From the NCBI GenBank assembly GCA_944350095.1, contig CALVOB010000033.1, positions 1 through 48,039 of the forward strand: DNA of 48,039 nt, given 5' to 3'. Source of the DNA: an uncultured Clostridia bacterium (GTDB lineage Bacteria; Bacillota; Clostridia; Christensenellales; UBA1242). This document shows positions 1 to 9,840 of the stretch, one piece after another (positions within the stretch are counted from its first letter, which is position 1; each line of letters begins with the position of its first letter). The translations under genes and the position numbers were made by a program. A model generated the notes under the pieces. That model had not been told where the DNA came from. It worked only from the letters and a program-made list of their open reading frames with translations, and did not search any database.

Positions 1-237
1 TTAAAAATTTTAAGCAGGGGTTATGCTTGGCTTGATACAGGTAGTAATAAGAATTTACTTAACGCCTCTAATTTTATAGAAATGGTTCAAGAAAGGCAAG
101 GACAATACATAGCATGTCTAGAAGAAATTGCCTATAGAATGGGTTATATAAACAAAGCAAAATTTGTTGAGCTTGGCAATAGATTTAAAGTCTCCGACTA
201 TGGAAGATACATATTAAAACTTGCGGAGGAAATATGA
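1..237 (+). CDS. rfbA: glucose-1-phosphate thymidylyltransferase, C-terminal fragment (5' end outside window)
   Basis: Frame 1 is open from base 1 to TGA 235-237. Translation ..GYAWLDTGSNKNLLNASNFIEMVQERQGQYIACLEEIAYRMGYI.. matches the conserved RmlA C-terminus. ATGA overlap with rfbD. Confidence 0.85.
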   Translation, partial: LKILSRGYAWLDTGSNKNLLNASNFIEMVQERQGQYIACLEEIAYRMGYINKAKFVELGNRFKVSDYGRYILKLAEEI

Positions 238-1109
238 AAGTATTAGTTGTAGGAGCAAATGGACAACTTGGAAAAGAATTTCAAGAGATTTTGCGAAATG
301 GAACGGCTGATATAGGTAAAATTGACGATTGTTTTATTACAGCAGAAAAAACTTATGTAGATATTGATGAGCTGGATATTACTGATATTCAAGCTGTAAA
401 AAAAATTTTTGATAAAAATTTTGATATAGTTATAAACTGCTCTGCGTACACCAATGTAAAAGGGGCGGAAGAAGATTTTGACACAGCATATAAAGTAAAT
501 GCTTTGGGTGCAAGAAATTTAGCGATTATATGTAGTAAAATTGGTGCAAAGTTAATTCATGTTTCCACAGATTATGTTTTTGACGGAAATAGCAACATTC
601 CTTACACTGAAGCTGATATTGCAAATCCGCAAAATGTATATGGAAAAACAAAGCTTGCAGGTGAAAACTTTGTTAAAGAATTTTGTCCTAAAAGTTTTAT
701 AATACGCACTAATTGGCTTTATGGTAAATATGGTAAAAATTTTGTGTATACAATGTTAAATCTTGGAAAAGTAAAAGATGAAATAAATGTTGTTGAAGAC
801 CAAATTGGGACACCTACAAATGCAAATGATTTAGCATATCACATATTAAGGATAGCCTTAACAGAAGAATATGGAATATATCATGTATCTGGGAATGGCG
901 TGTGTTCTTGGAAAGATTTTGCCGAAGAAATTATGAATTTGTCAGGTTTAAAATGTAGAGTTAATGGAATAAAATCAAGCGATTACCCAGAAAAAGTAAA
1001 GCGACCAAGTTATTCAGTTTTAGACCATGTTATGTTGAGGTTAACAGTGGGTGACCAAATGAGAAATTGGAAAGATGCTATTAAAAGTTTTTTAAAGGGA
1101 GAATTATGA
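234..1109 (+). CDS. rfbD: dTDP-4-dehydrorhamnose reductase
   Basis: 291 aa. N-terminal GANGQLG Rossmann motif, STDYVFDG and YGKTKLAGE (YxxxK) motifs. Lies in the rfb operon. Confidence 0.9.
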   Translation: MKVLVVGANGQLGKEFQEILRNGTADIGKIDDCFITAEKTYVDIDELDITDIQAVKKIFDKNFDIVINCSAYTNVKGAEEDFDTAYKVNALGARNLAIICSKIGAKLIHVSTDYVFDGNSNIPYTEADIANPQNVYGKTKLAGENFVKEFCPKSFIIRTNWLYGKYGKNFVYTMLNLGKVKDEINVVEDQIGTPTNANDLAYHILRIALTEEYGIYHVSGNGVCSWKDFAEEIMNLSGLKCRVNGIKSSDYPEKVKRPSYSVLDHVMLRLTVGDQMRNWKDAIKSFLKGEL

Positions 1110-2170
1110 AAAGATATTTAGTTACAGGTGGTTGCGGATTTATTGGTTCAAATTTTATTAAATATATGTTAGGGAAATATTCAGATATTAACATAGTAAA
1201 CTTAGACCTTTGTACTTATGCTGGAAATTTAGAAAATTTATCTGATATTGAAAATGATAAGCGTTACACTTTTGTAAAAGGTGATATTGGAGATGAAAAG
1301 TTGGTTAAAGACTTGTTCCAAAAATACGATTTTACAAATGTAATAAATTTTGCAGCTGAAAGCCATGTAGATAGAAGCATTAAAAATCCAGAGATTTTTG
1401 TAAAAACAAATGTTTTAGGTACAGTAAATCTTCTTCAAAGGGCAAAAGAGCATTGGCTTATTGGGGAAGATAAGTATAAAGATGGAGTAAAATTTGTTCA
1501 AGTATCCACAGATGAAGTTTATGGCTCACTAGGAGAAGATGGACTTTTTTCAGAAAAAACTCCACTAGACCCTCATAGCCCTTATTCAGCTAGTAAAACA
1601 TCTGCTGACCTTTTTGTTAAAGCATTTTACGACACTTATAAATTCCCTTGCAATATAACAAGATGTTCTAATAATTATGGACCTTATCAATTCCCTGAAA
1701 AACTAATTCCATTAGTATTTAATAACGCTTGCAATTTAAAAACATTACCTATATATGGAACAGGTCTTCAAATAAGGGATTGGCTTTATGTTTTAGACCA
1801 TTGCAAAGCAATAGATTTAGTTTGTGAAAAAGGAAGAATTGGTGAAGTTTATAACATAGGCGGAAATAATGAAAAGACCAATCTTTTTATCGTTAAAAGT
1901 ATCATAAGTTATGTTCATGATAATGTTAATACTGAATGTTCAGAAGCTCTGATTAAACATGTAGAAGATAGAAAAGGGCATGACCTTAGATATGGAATAG
2001 ATGCAAGTAAAATTAAAAATGAGCTAGGCTGGGAACCTGAAACACCATTTGAAAAAGGAATAGTTTTAACATTAGATTGGTATAAAAATAATAAAAAATG
2101 GCTTAAAAATGTAACATCTGGTGCTTATCAAAATTATTATCAAATGATGTATGGAGATAAAAATGAATAA
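1106..2170 (+). CDS. rfbB: dTDP-glucose 4,6-dehydratase
   Basis: 354 aa. GGCGFIGSNF, SHVDRS, STDEVYG and YSASKTSAD motifs. ATGA overlap with rfbD. Confidence 0.95.
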   Translation: MKRYLVTGGCGFIGSNFIKYMLGKYSDINIVNLDLCTYAGNLENLSDIENDKRYTFVKGDIGDEKLVKDLFQKYDFTNVINFAAESHVDRSIKNPEIFVKTNVLGTVNLLQRAKEHWLIGEDKYKDGVKFVQVSTDEVYGSLGEDGLFSEKTPLDPHSPYSASKTSADLFVKAFYDTYKFPCNITRCSNNYGPYQFPEKLIPLVFNNACNLKTLPIYGTGLQIRDWLYVLDHCKAIDLVCEKGRIGEVYNIGGNNEKTNLFIVKSIISYVHDNVNTECSEALIKHVEDRKGHDLRYGIDASKIKNELGWEPETPFEKGIVLTLDWYKNNKKWLKNVTSGAYQNYYQMMYGDKNE

Positions 2171-2711
2171 GTTTAAATTGGTAAAAACGCCAATAGATGG
2201 TTTAGTTGTTATTGAACCTACTGTTTATGGTGATAAACGCGGATATTTCATGGAGACATATAATAAAGCAGAATTTGATGAACTTGGAATAACAAATGTT
2301 TTTGTTCAGGACAACCAATCTAAATCTGTTAAAAATGTTGTTAGGGGATTACATTTTCAAACAAATCATCCACAGGCAAAACTCGTTCGAGTTATATCTG
2401 GCGAAGTTTTTGATGTGGCTGTTGATATTAGAAAGGGAAGCTCTACTTATGGTCAATGGTATGGGGTGGTGCTTTCTAGTGAAAATAAAAGACAGTTTTT
2501 TTTACCAAAAGGTTTTGCTCATGGTTTTGCTGTTATGAGTGATACGGCGGAATTTGTATATAAATGTGATGATGTTTACGACCCAACAGGTGAAGGCGGA
2601 ATTCGTTGGGACGACGAGGATTTAAACATCAATTGGGGAGATTATGTTGATTTAGATAAAGTTATTCTTTCAGAAAAAGATAAAAAGCATAAGAGGTTAA
2701 GAGAATTATGA
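2163..2711 (+). CDS. rfbC: dTDP-4-dehydrorhamnose 3,5-epimerase
   Basis: KRGYFMETY, RGLHFQ and GFAHGF cupin motifs. ATG 2163 follows GGAGA (2153-2157). An alternative ATG at 2151 is given by the ORF track. Confidence 0.9.
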   Translation: MNKFKLVKTPIDGLVVIEPTVYGDKRGYFMETYNKAEFDELGITNVFVQDNQSKSVKNVVRGLHFQTNHPQAKLVRVISGEVFDVAVDIRKGSSTYGQWYGVVLSSENKRQFFLPKGFAHGFAVMSDTAEFVYKCDDVYDPTGEGGIRWDDEDLNINWGDYVDLDKVILSEKDKKHKRLREL

Positions 2712-3616
2712 AAACTGTTTGTGTGTTACTTTCTACATATAATGGTGAAAAATATTTAAAAGAACAAATAGATAGTGTATTAAACCAAAAGGGCGTTAAA
2801 GTAATTCTTTGCGTAAGAGATGATGGAAGCAAAGATAGCACGCTAGAAATATTAAAAGAATATGAAAAAGAGAATAAATTAAATTTAGATTTTGGTGAAA
2901 ATGTGGGATATCAAAAAAGCTTTTATTTGCTCTTAAAAAATGCCCCGTTTGCAGACTATTATGCTTTTTGTGACCAAGATGATGTTTGGGACGATGACAA
3001 ACTTTTATGTGCAGTAAGCATGCTTGAAAAAGAAGATGATACTATTCCGCTATTATACTATTCCGCTTTAAAAGTTGTAAATAAAGATTTAAAATTAAAG
3101 CAGGTAAGCCACAAAGGATACAAAATAGGTAAATATCCTTTTGAAGAGGCTTTTATGCTAAGTTTTACTTATGGGTGCACAACAGTTATCAACAATGTTG
3201 CAAGAGAAAAATTTTTAAAGTATGATTACGAAACAATTTATTCTCATGATAACAATATGAACATGATTTGTTCAGCACTTGGTAAAACTGTATTTGATAG
3301 TACTGCACATATTAATTATAGACAACATGGTAATAATTGTTTTGGTTATCCATCTAGTTTAAAAGCAATTATTAAAACAATAAAATGGTACTTTAAATAC
3401 GAAGCAAAAAATTTACGCTTTAAAGAAATGCAAAAAATAAAAGATTTATTTTATGATGAACTTTCTGAGCATAACAAACATTTTTGTGATTTAATTTTAA
3501 ATTATAGAAATTCTAGAAAAGATAAAAAGGCACTTTTAAATTATAAACCTTACAAAAGTGATAAAAAATTAATTAATTTTTATATTAGACATTTAATTAA
3601 AAGAAATAAATTATAA
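2708..3616 (+). CDS. family 2 glycosyltransferase (probable rhamnosyltransferase)
   Basis: 302 aa. N-terminal VLLSTYNGEKYLKEQIDSVLNQ and DDGSKD, plus a CDQDD (DxD) GT-A signature. Last gene of the rfb operon. Confidence 0.8.
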   Translation: MKTVCVLLSTYNGEKYLKEQIDSVLNQKGVKVILCVRDDGSKDSTLEILKEYEKENKLNLDFGENVGYQKSFYLLLKNAPFADYYAFCDQDDVWDDDKLLCAVSMLEKEDDTIPLLYYSALKVVNKDLKLKQVSHKGYKIGKYPFEEAFMLSFTYGCTTVINNVAREKFLKYDYETIYSHDNNMNMICSALGKTVFDSTAHINYRQHGNNCFGYPSSLKAIIKTIKWYFKYEAKNLRFKEMQKIKDLFYDELSEHNKHFCDLILNYRNSRKDKKALLNYKPYKSDKKLINFYIRHLIKRNKL

Positions 3617-3627
3617 TTATTTATTTT

Positions 3628-3661
3628 AAAAAGCCTTATCAATTATGATAAGGCTTTTTTG
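3628..3661. terminator. bidirectional intrinsic terminator between convergent genes
   Basis: aaaaaGCCTTATC-aattat-GATAAGGCtttttt. Perfect 8-bp GC-containing stem flanked by A and T runs. Confidence 0.7.
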
Positions 3662-3740
3662 CTAATTTATATTATTTTTTACAATTAAATATTTTTTTAA
3701 TTTATAAAACATTTATAAATATTATTAAAAATAAGTTTAT

Positions 3741-4223
3741 TTAATTTAATTTTTTCCCACATTCTATACAGTACTCAGCATCTGGTTCGTTTACTTTTCC
3801 ACAACTACAAGTTTTTCTAACAGCTCTTCCACATTTTGGACAAAATTTGCTGTCTTCTTTTATGTTTTCTCCACATTCACATTTTATATTAATAGATTTA
3901 TCTATAAATTTAGAGCCTTCTCCACCAATTAAAATTGTTAAACCAACTCTTATTAAAACTATTGATACACATGTTACTATTCCTCCTAAAATAAACATTA
4001 CCATAGGAAGGATAAAATTAGTCGTTGAGGGATCCATTGAAGCCATCATAGAGTCACCAATTATGTCAAAAAGTATAAAACTTGTAATTACCATTATAAT
4101 TCCAATTGATGCTCCAATCCCACCGCCTATAAGCAAACCTTTTCTCAGTTTTTTTGCTTTTTTATTGGTGGCAATATCTGAAATATTGGAGTTTAATTCT
4201 TTAATTGTGTCTAAAAGTTTCAT
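3741..4223 (-). CDS. membrane protein with C-terminal double zinc-ribbon
   Basis: 160 aa. Two predicted TM segments, then CECG..CPKCG and CSCG..CIECG motifs. Confidence 0.6.
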   Translation of the reverse strand: MKLLDTIKELNSNISDIATNKKAKKLRKGLLIGGGIGASIGIIMVITSFILFDIIGDSMMASMDPSTTNFILPMVMFILGGIVTCVSIVLIRVGLTILIGGEGSKFIDKSINIKCECGENIKEDSKFCPKCGRAVRKTCSCGKVNEPDAEYCIECGKKLN

Positions 4224-4259
4224 TTTATTTCTCCACTATTATAATAACAAAAAGATTAG

Positions 4260-4835
4260 TTAATTGCAACCATTATTTTTAAGTTCCTTTTTAAAACAAT
4301 TATAACACATTCCTTCATACATTTCATCTGCACCAATTTCAACTTCATTGCCTTCTAAAACAATTTTGCCATTAACAAAGCGTGCGTTTATTGTAGCTTT
4401 TCTTCCACATTTGCATACGCTTTTAATTTCCATAAGGCTATCTGATAGTTCAACTAATCGTTTGCTTCCTTCAAAAAGTTCTGTTTTAAAATTTGTAAGA
4501 AGTCCATAACATAGAACGGGTATAGTCAAACTAATTTCTTTAAGTTCGTTTACTTGTTCTTTTGTTAAAAATTGAGCCTCGTCTATTATGAAAACATCTA
4601 TTTTGCTTTCTTTATTGAATTTATTAAAAAATTCAATTAAATTTTCTTTTGGTGAAAATGTTTCACATTTGGCTGTAAGCCCTATTCTAGATGTTACATT
4701 TGAGCTTCTCGTATCTATACTTGGTTTTGCTAGAAGAACATTAAAGCCTTTTTGTATGTAGTTAAATCTGCACATAAGTGCCTGTGCTGTTTTAGAAGAA
4801 CCCATAGAACCATATTTAAAATATAATTTATTCAT
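4260..4835 (-). CDS. tdk: thymidine kinase
   Basis: 191 aa. LYFKYGSMGSSKT P-loop (E. coli-type Tdk), IDEAQF, and C-terminal CxCG..CxxC zinc site. Confidence 0.9.
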   Translation of the reverse strand: MNKLYFKYGSMGSSKTAQALMCRFNYIQKGFNVLLAKPSIDTRSSNVTSRIGLTAKCETFSPKENLIEFFNKFNKESKIDVFIIDEAQFLTKEQVNELKEISLTIPVLCYGLLTNFKTELFEGSKRLVELSDSLMEIKSVCKCGRKATINARFVNGKIVLEGNEVEIGADEMYEGMCYNCFKKELKNNGCN

Positions 4836-4940
4836 TTAAGCTCCTTTCTATTTTAAAAGATTTCTTATGTTATGATTGAGCGTAATATAATTATATTTTA
4901 ATAATATAGTGGCAATATGTCAAATAATTATAAATTTTTC

Positions 4941-4969
4941 TTGACCTTAAAACTTTTTAAAGCTAATAT
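4941..4969 (+). promoter_or_regulatory. sigma-70-type promoter for sufCB
   Basis: TTGACC (4941-4946), 17-nt spacer, TAATAT (4964-4969). Sits 17 nt upstream of the sufC ATG region with SD AGAGG. Confidence 0.55.
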
Positions 4970-4985
4970 ATTATAGAGGTTATTT

Positions 4986-5705
4986 ATGTTAGAGTTAAAA
5001 AATATTACTTACATTGTTCATGATGAAAAAACCAATGAAGAAAGAGCAGTGCTTAAAAATATAAATGTAAAATTTCCAGAAAATAAACTGACTGTAATAA
5101 CGGGGCAGAATGGAAGTGGGAAATCTACATTAATAAAACTTATAATGGGAATTATATCTCCTACAAGCGGGGAAATAATATATAATGGTAAAAATATTAC
5201 TAATTTAAGCATTAACGAGCGTGCAAATTTAGGCATAACTATTGCACTTCAACAACCTGTGAGATTTAAAGGCTTAACTGTTAAAAATTTACTTGATGTT
5301 GCAAGCGAAAAATCAAATAAAATTTCTGATGCTTGTGAATATCTTTCAAAAGTTGGACTTTGTGCTAAAAATTATTTAAATAGAGAGTTAGATTCTACGC
5401 TCTCTGGTGGTGAACTTAAAAGGATAGAACTTGCAATTAGCTTGGCAAAAGGTGGAGAGTTATATCTCTTTGATGAGCCAGAGGCTGGAATAGACCTTTG
5501 GAGTTTTGATTCTTTGGTTGACCTTTTTAAAACACTGAATGATAAAACTGTAATAATTGTTAGTCATCAAGAAAAGATTATAGAAGAGGCTGATTATTTG
5601 TTGATTATTGAAAATGATGGATATAAAATGGGCAAAAAAGATGAAATTTATTCAATTTTAAAACCTGAGCCTATATGTAAAAAACTTGGAGGTCAAAATG
5701 AATAG
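4986..5705 (+). CDS. sufC: Fe-S cluster assembly ATPase SufC
   Basis: 239 aa. Walker A GQNGSGKST, LSGGELKR signature, LFDEPEAGID Walker B. Followed by a SufB/D-like gene. Confidence 0.85.
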   Translation: MLELKNITYIVHDEKTNEERAVLKNINVKFPENKLTVITGQNGSGKSTLIKLIMGIISPTSGEIIYNGKNITNLSINERANLGITIALQQPVRFKGLTVKNLLDVASEKSNKISDACEYLSKVGLCAKNYLNRELDSTLSGGELKRIELAISLAKGGELYLFDEPEAGIDLWSFDSLVDLFKTLNDKTVIIVSHQEKIIEEADYLLIIENDGYKMGKKDEIYSILKPEPICKKLGGQNE

Positions 5706-6609
5706 TATAGATAAGGAACTTTTAAAAAGTATATCAGACCTTCATTCTGTTCCAGAGGGAAGTTTTAACATAAGAAAAAACGGCGAATGCTTGGAAAGAC
5801 GTTCTACATCTGATATTGAAATAATATCTAAAGAAGATAAGAGTGGAATTGATATAATTGTTCATAAAGGTGTTAAAAATAAAAGTGTGCATATTCCTGT
5901 AATTATTACAGTAGGCGACTTAACTGATGTTGTGTATAACGATTTTTATATTGAAGAAGATGCAGATGTTTTAATAGTTGCTGGTTGCGGAATTCATAAC
6001 CCGACGGGCGAAGAAAGTAGACACGACGGAGTGCATACATTTCATTTGCAAAAAAATTCTAAAGTTAAATATGTAGAAAAACATTTAGGAACAGGACTTG
6101 GCGGTAAAGTTTTAAACCCACTAACTAAAATTTTTATGGAAAAAAATAGTTACTTTGAAATGGAAACTTTGCAACTTGGCGGTGTTACTTATTCTAAGCG
6201 TGATACAGAAGCTGTGCTAGAAGATAATGCAAAAGTAATCATAAAAGAAAAAATACTTACTACTGAAAATAATGAGGCTATAACTAATTTTGATGTTCTT
6301 TTAAAAGGTAAAAATTCTCATGTGCAAGTAACAAGCAGAAGTGTTGCAAAAGGAGAATCAAAACAAGTGTTCCAATCTAATATAATAGGGGAAAATTCTT
6401 CTTTTGGTCATGTGGAGTGTGATGGAATATTGCTTGATAATGCTCAGATAATATCAATTCCAAAAATAGACGCAAAATGTCCAGAAGCAAGTTTAGTGCA
6501 CGAGGCTGCTATTGGCAAAATTGCAGGTGAACAACTTATTAAGTTAATGTCGCTTGGTTTAAGTCATGAAGAGGCAGAAAATTTGATTATAAAAGGCTAT
6601 TTAAGTTAA
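5698..6609 (+). CDS. SufB/SufD-family Fe-S assembly scaffold (short form)
   Basis: C-terminus ..KCPEASLVHEAAIGKIAGEQLIKLMSLGLSHEEAENLIIKGYL is typical of SufB/D. ATG 5698 follows GGAGG. The ORF track gives an alternative TTG at 5686. Confidence 0.75.
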   Translation: MNSIDKELLKSISDLHSVPEGSFNIRKNGECLERRSTSDIEIISKEDKSGIDIIVHKGVKNKSVHIPVIITVGDLTDVVYNDFYIEEDADVLIVAGCGIHNPTGEESRHDGVHTFHLQKNSKVKYVEKHLGTGLGGKVLNPLTKIFMEKNSYFEMETLQLGGVTYSKRDTEAVLEDNAKVIIKEKILTTENNEAITNFDVLLKGKNSHVQVTSRSVAKGESKQVFQSNIIGENSSFGHVECDGILLDNAQIISIPKIDAKCPEASLVHEAAIGKIAGEQLIKLMSLGLSHEEAENLIIKGYLS

Positions 6610-6626
6610 AAAATATTTAAAAAACA

Positions 6627-6655
6627 TTGACAAAATATAGGCTAAATGTTATCAT
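6627..6655 (+). promoter_or_regulatory. sigma-70-type promoter (extended -10)
   Basis: TTGACA (6627-6632), 17-nt spacer, TGt-TATCAT (6647-6655). Confidence 0.5.
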
Positions 6656-6688
6656 AAGAAAGCTTAATTTAAGAAAGGGGAATAAATT

Positions 6689-6907
6689 ATGGCAGATTTT
6701 TATAGAGATGTTGTAGCTTTTTTTCATGATATGGATTTAACTGCACATATATGTCTTGTAATTGTTCTTTTCTTATTGTCGCTAAGTTGTTTTAGAATTG
6801 TTGTAAAAATGCATTACAACGCGAAAAAATTTAGCATTAAAATTGTTCCTATAATTTTTATGATAATATTTTTATTTTTAGCGATATTTATAGCATGCTG
6901 TTTTTAA
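6689..6907 (+). CDS. small hypothetical membrane protein
   Basis: 72 aa with two hydrophobic segments. SD AAAGGGG upstream. No recognisable motif. Confidence 0.45.
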   Translation: MADFYRDVVAFFHDMDLTAHICLVIVLFLLSLSCFRIVVKMHYNAKKFSIKIVPIIFMIIFLFLAIFIACCF

Positions 6908-6919
6908 AAGGAGATTATT

Positions 6920-7246
6920 ATGTTTAAATCATTACTACTTTTTGCTGAGGGAGATTTACTTCCTGATTGGGTTATTACTACACTTTCAATTGTTAGACCA
7001 TGTTTAATAGGCATTATTACTTTATGTGCAATAGGTCTTATTGTAACAACTTTAATGCAGTCTAATTCTAACGATAACACCTCACAAGCTCTTTCAGGTG
7101 GAATTCACGAAAGTTATTATTCACAAAATAAAGGTGAGACAAGAGATGGAAAGTTAAAGAAAGCCACAATTATTTTTGCTTCAATTATTGCCGTTTGTGC
7201 TATTCTATACTTTGTTACACTTATAATAAACAATCCAACAGTATAA
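6920..7246 (+). CDS. secG: preprotein translocase subunit SecG (long form)
   Basis: TM-LMQS..ALSGGI..-TM pattern resembles B. subtilis SecG (LLQSSKSAGLSGAISGG). Conserved position upstream of rnr-smpB-ssrA. Confidence 0.6.
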   Translation: MFKSLLLFAEGDLLPDWVITTLSIVRPCLIGIITLCAIGLIVTTLMQSNSNDNTSQALSGGIHESYYSQNKGETRDGKLKKATIIFASIIAVCAILYFVTLIINNPTV

Positions 7247-7248
7247 TT

Positions 7249-7273
7249 AAACGGCTAAAATTAGCCGTTTTTT
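7249..7273 (+). terminator. intrinsic terminator after secG
   Basis: AAACGGCTA-aaat-TAGCCGTTT followed by a T run. Confidence 0.75.
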
Positions 7274-7433
7274 AGTTATATGAATATAGTAAAAGTACAA
7301 AAATCCATTTTTGTATTTGCAGAATTTCCATCTGCAACAAAAGCTTTGTCTTTTACAAAAAGTTTTGTTAACAAATTATATTTTGAAAGCTCAAGTTGTA
7401 ATTTTGTTTTTTACATTTTAAAAGGAAAAATTT

Positions 7434-9569
7434 ATGACATTAAAAAATCAAGTTTTAGAAATTTTAAATGATAAATCACTTAAATATAAAAATTTGTATA
7501 GTCTTTATACTCAAATTGGAAGAAAACTTTCTATTGATAGAGAAATTGTGGAAGAAATTGTAAATAAATTAATTAAGTCAGGCGAAGTGGTTGAAGGCAA
7601 AAACGGAAAACTTGCAACCCTTCAAACTTTGAAATTAAAAAAGGGTGAAGTTGCAAATAAAAGCAGAGATTATTTATTTGTTAAAGTTCAAGGTCAGGCA
7701 AGAGATTTTTTTATTCCGTCCGATAAAACTAAAGGGGCAATTTCTGGTGACATAGTTTTAGTGCGTCCTAATGGTGGTAATAATGAAGCAGAAGTTGTAA
7801 AGATAGTTGAAAAAGTTAACAGGCAAGTAGTAGGAATTGTAAAAAAAGATGAAATTGGAACTTTTGTTGAAGCAGATAGATTTACAAAACCAATTTACAT
7901 TCAACCAAAGGACTTAAAAGGTGCAGAAGTAAACGACCTTGTTGTTACTGAAATTACTTATCAGCCATCTTCAAAAGAGGGGTTGCAAGGTAAAGTAAAT
8001 GAAATATTAGGAAAGTCTGACGATAAAGCTATTTTAGAACAAGCTATAATTAAGGATTTTAATCTTCCTACTGAATATTCCAAAGAGGCATTAAACCAAT
8101 GTGAGTATATTGGCGATAAAATAAGTGAAGAAGATAAAAAGGGAAGACTAGACTTAACAAAGGAAACAATTTTTACAATCGACGGGGCAGATGCTCGTGA
8201 TTTAGATGACGCTGTGTCTATAAAAAAATTAGATGATGGTACTTTTGAACTTGGAGTTCATATAGCAGATGTTGGCAACTATGTAACATTAGGTTCTCCG
8301 TTGGATCAAGATGCATTTGAACGCGGAACAAGTGTATATTTTCCTGATAATGTAATTCCAATGCTTCCTAAAAAACTATCAAACGGGATTTGCTCTTTAA
8401 ACCCTAATGTTGAAAGGCTTGCATTGTCTGTTATTATGAAAATAGATTATGAAGGTAAAGTTGTAAGCCACGAAATTAAAGAGAGTGTAATAAAGAGTGT
8501 TCAAAGATTTACCTATGATGAAATTTTTGCAATAATGAATGGCGATAAAGAAATGTGTGAAAAATATGCACATTTAAAAGATGATGTTTTAACAATGCAA
8601 AATTTATCTAATATAATAAAAAAAGACAGAGAAAAAAGAGGCTCTCTTAACTTTGATATTCCAGAGGCAACATTTAAACTTAATGAACAAGGCGAAGTGC
8701 TTGATGTAATGCCAAGAGTGCAAAATGAAGCACATAACTTAATTGAAAGATTTATGGTTATATGTAATGAAACAGTAGCTAAGCATTTTGATGATTTAGG
8801 AGTTCCATTTATATATCGTGTTCATGAAAAGCCTACACCTGAAAGTGTTCAAAATGTTCTTGCATTTATACAGGGATTAGGTGTTAATAGCGTGGTTCCA
8901 CCTAAAAAAATAGACCCAACTTTTTATCAAAGATTATTGTCTTTATTTAAAGGAACGCCAGAGGAAAGCGTTTTAAATAAAGTGTTTTTAATGAGTATGA
9001 AAAAGGCTCGTTATCAAGAGGACGATTTAGGACATTTTGGTCTTGCATCTTTAAATTATTGTCATTTTACTTCCCCTATTAGAAGATATCCAGACCTTTG
9101 CATTCATAGAATAATAAAAGAATGTTTGCATAAAGGTTTTGATAAATCCAAGTTATATGAACTTGAAGATTATGTTACGGAAGCAAGCTTTCAGTCAAGT
9201 AAAACAGAAAGGCGAGCAGATGATGCTGAAAGGGCAGTAGATGACTTGAAAAAAGCTGAATTTATGTCTAAACAAATTGGAAAGGATTTTGAAGGTGTAA
9301 TTTCGGGGGTAACAAACTTTGGAATTTTCGTTCAACTTCCAAATACTGTTGAAGGGCTTATTAAGCTTGAAAATTTGCCAAAAGATGACTATGTGTTTTT
9401 AGATAAAAAAATGATGCTATGTGGAACAAAAAGAAATTATTGTTTAGGCGACACAATTAAAGTAAAAGTTGCTGCAAGTAATGTTTTTACAAGAAAAATA
9501 GATTTTGAACCTGTTATAGAAAAAACTCTAAAAAAAACTCCAAAAAAAACAGAAAATTTATGTAAGTAA
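7434..9569 (+). CDS. rnr: ribonuclease R
   Basis: 711 aa. RNB domain motifs (IDGADARDLDDAVS, HFGL..YCHFTSPIRRYPDL) and C-terminal S1 domain (GVISGVTNFGIFVQL). Confidence 0.92.
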   Translation: MTLKNQVLEILNDKSLKYKNLYSLYTQIGRKLSIDREIVEEIVNKLIKSGEVVEGKNGKLATLQTLKLKKGEVANKSRDYLFVKVQGQARDFFIPSDKTKGAISGDIVLVRPNGGNNEAEVVKIVEKVNRQVVGIVKKDEIGTFVEADRFTKPIYIQPKDLKGAEVNDLVVTEITYQPSSKEGLQGKVNEILGKSDDKAILEQAIIKDFNLPTEYSKEALNQCEYIGDKISEEDKKGRLDLTKETIFTIDGADARDLDDAVSIKKLDDGTFELGVHIADVGNYVTLGSPLDQDAFERGTSVYFPDNVIPMLPKKLSNGICSLNPNVERLALSVIMKIDYEGKVVSHEIKESVIKSVQRFTYDEIFAIMNGDKEMCEKYAHLKDDVLTMQNLSNIIKKDREKRGSLNFDIPEATFKLNEQGEVLDVMPRVQNEAHNLIERFMVICNETVAKHFDDLGVPFIYRVHEKPTPESVQNVLAFIQGLGVNSVVPPKKIDPTFYQRLLSLFKGTPEESVLNKVFLMSMKKARYQEDDLGHFGLASLNYCHFTSPIRRYPDLCIHRIIKECLHKGFDKSKLYELEDYVTEASFQSSKTERRADDAERAVDDLKKAEFMSKQIGKDFEGVISGVTNFGIFVQLPNTVEGLIKLENLPKDDYVFLDKKMMLCGTKRNYCLGDTIKVKVAASNVFTRKIDFEPVIEKTLKKTPKKTENLCK

Positions 9570-9596
9570 TTGAAAAACATAAAAAATAATATTTTT

Positions 9597-9629
9597 AAAA
9601 ATCCGAATATAATTTTATCGGATTTTTTT
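9597..9629 (+). terminator. intrinsic terminator after rnr
   Basis: aaaaATCCGA-atataatttta-TCGGATttttttt. Confidence 0.65.
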
Positions 9630-9794
9630 AATTTTGGATTTTTTAATTAATAATTAAACAATTTTTTATATTTTTGCAGTTTATTTTAAATTTAATTTAA
9701 ACTAATTTTAAATATCAATATTTAATTAAATGGATATTAAATTAAAATGATTTTAATTTTACATTAAATAATCGGAATTTTATTTCAAAATGTT

Positions 9795-9822
9795 TTGTTT
9801 TTTTACATATTTCGGTTATAAT
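9795..9822 (+). promoter_or_regulatory. candidate promoter for the VirB4-like gene
   Basis: TTGTTT, 16-nt spacer, TATAAT (9817-9822). SD AAGGGTG precedes ATG 9841. Confidence 0.4.
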
Positions 9823-9840
9823 ACATTAAAAGGGTGAATT

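Noticed and set aside
3847-4263. 138-aa plus-strand ORF antisense to the zinc-ribbon membrane gene
   Set aside because: It is the mirror ORF of a hydrophobic gene in AT-rich DNA and has no SD. The minus-strand product has clear CxxC zinc-ribbon motifs.
7280-7471. 63-aa ORF upstream of and overlapping rnr
   Set aside because: It lies in the rnr promoter/leader region, has no SD and overlaps the rnr start out of frame.
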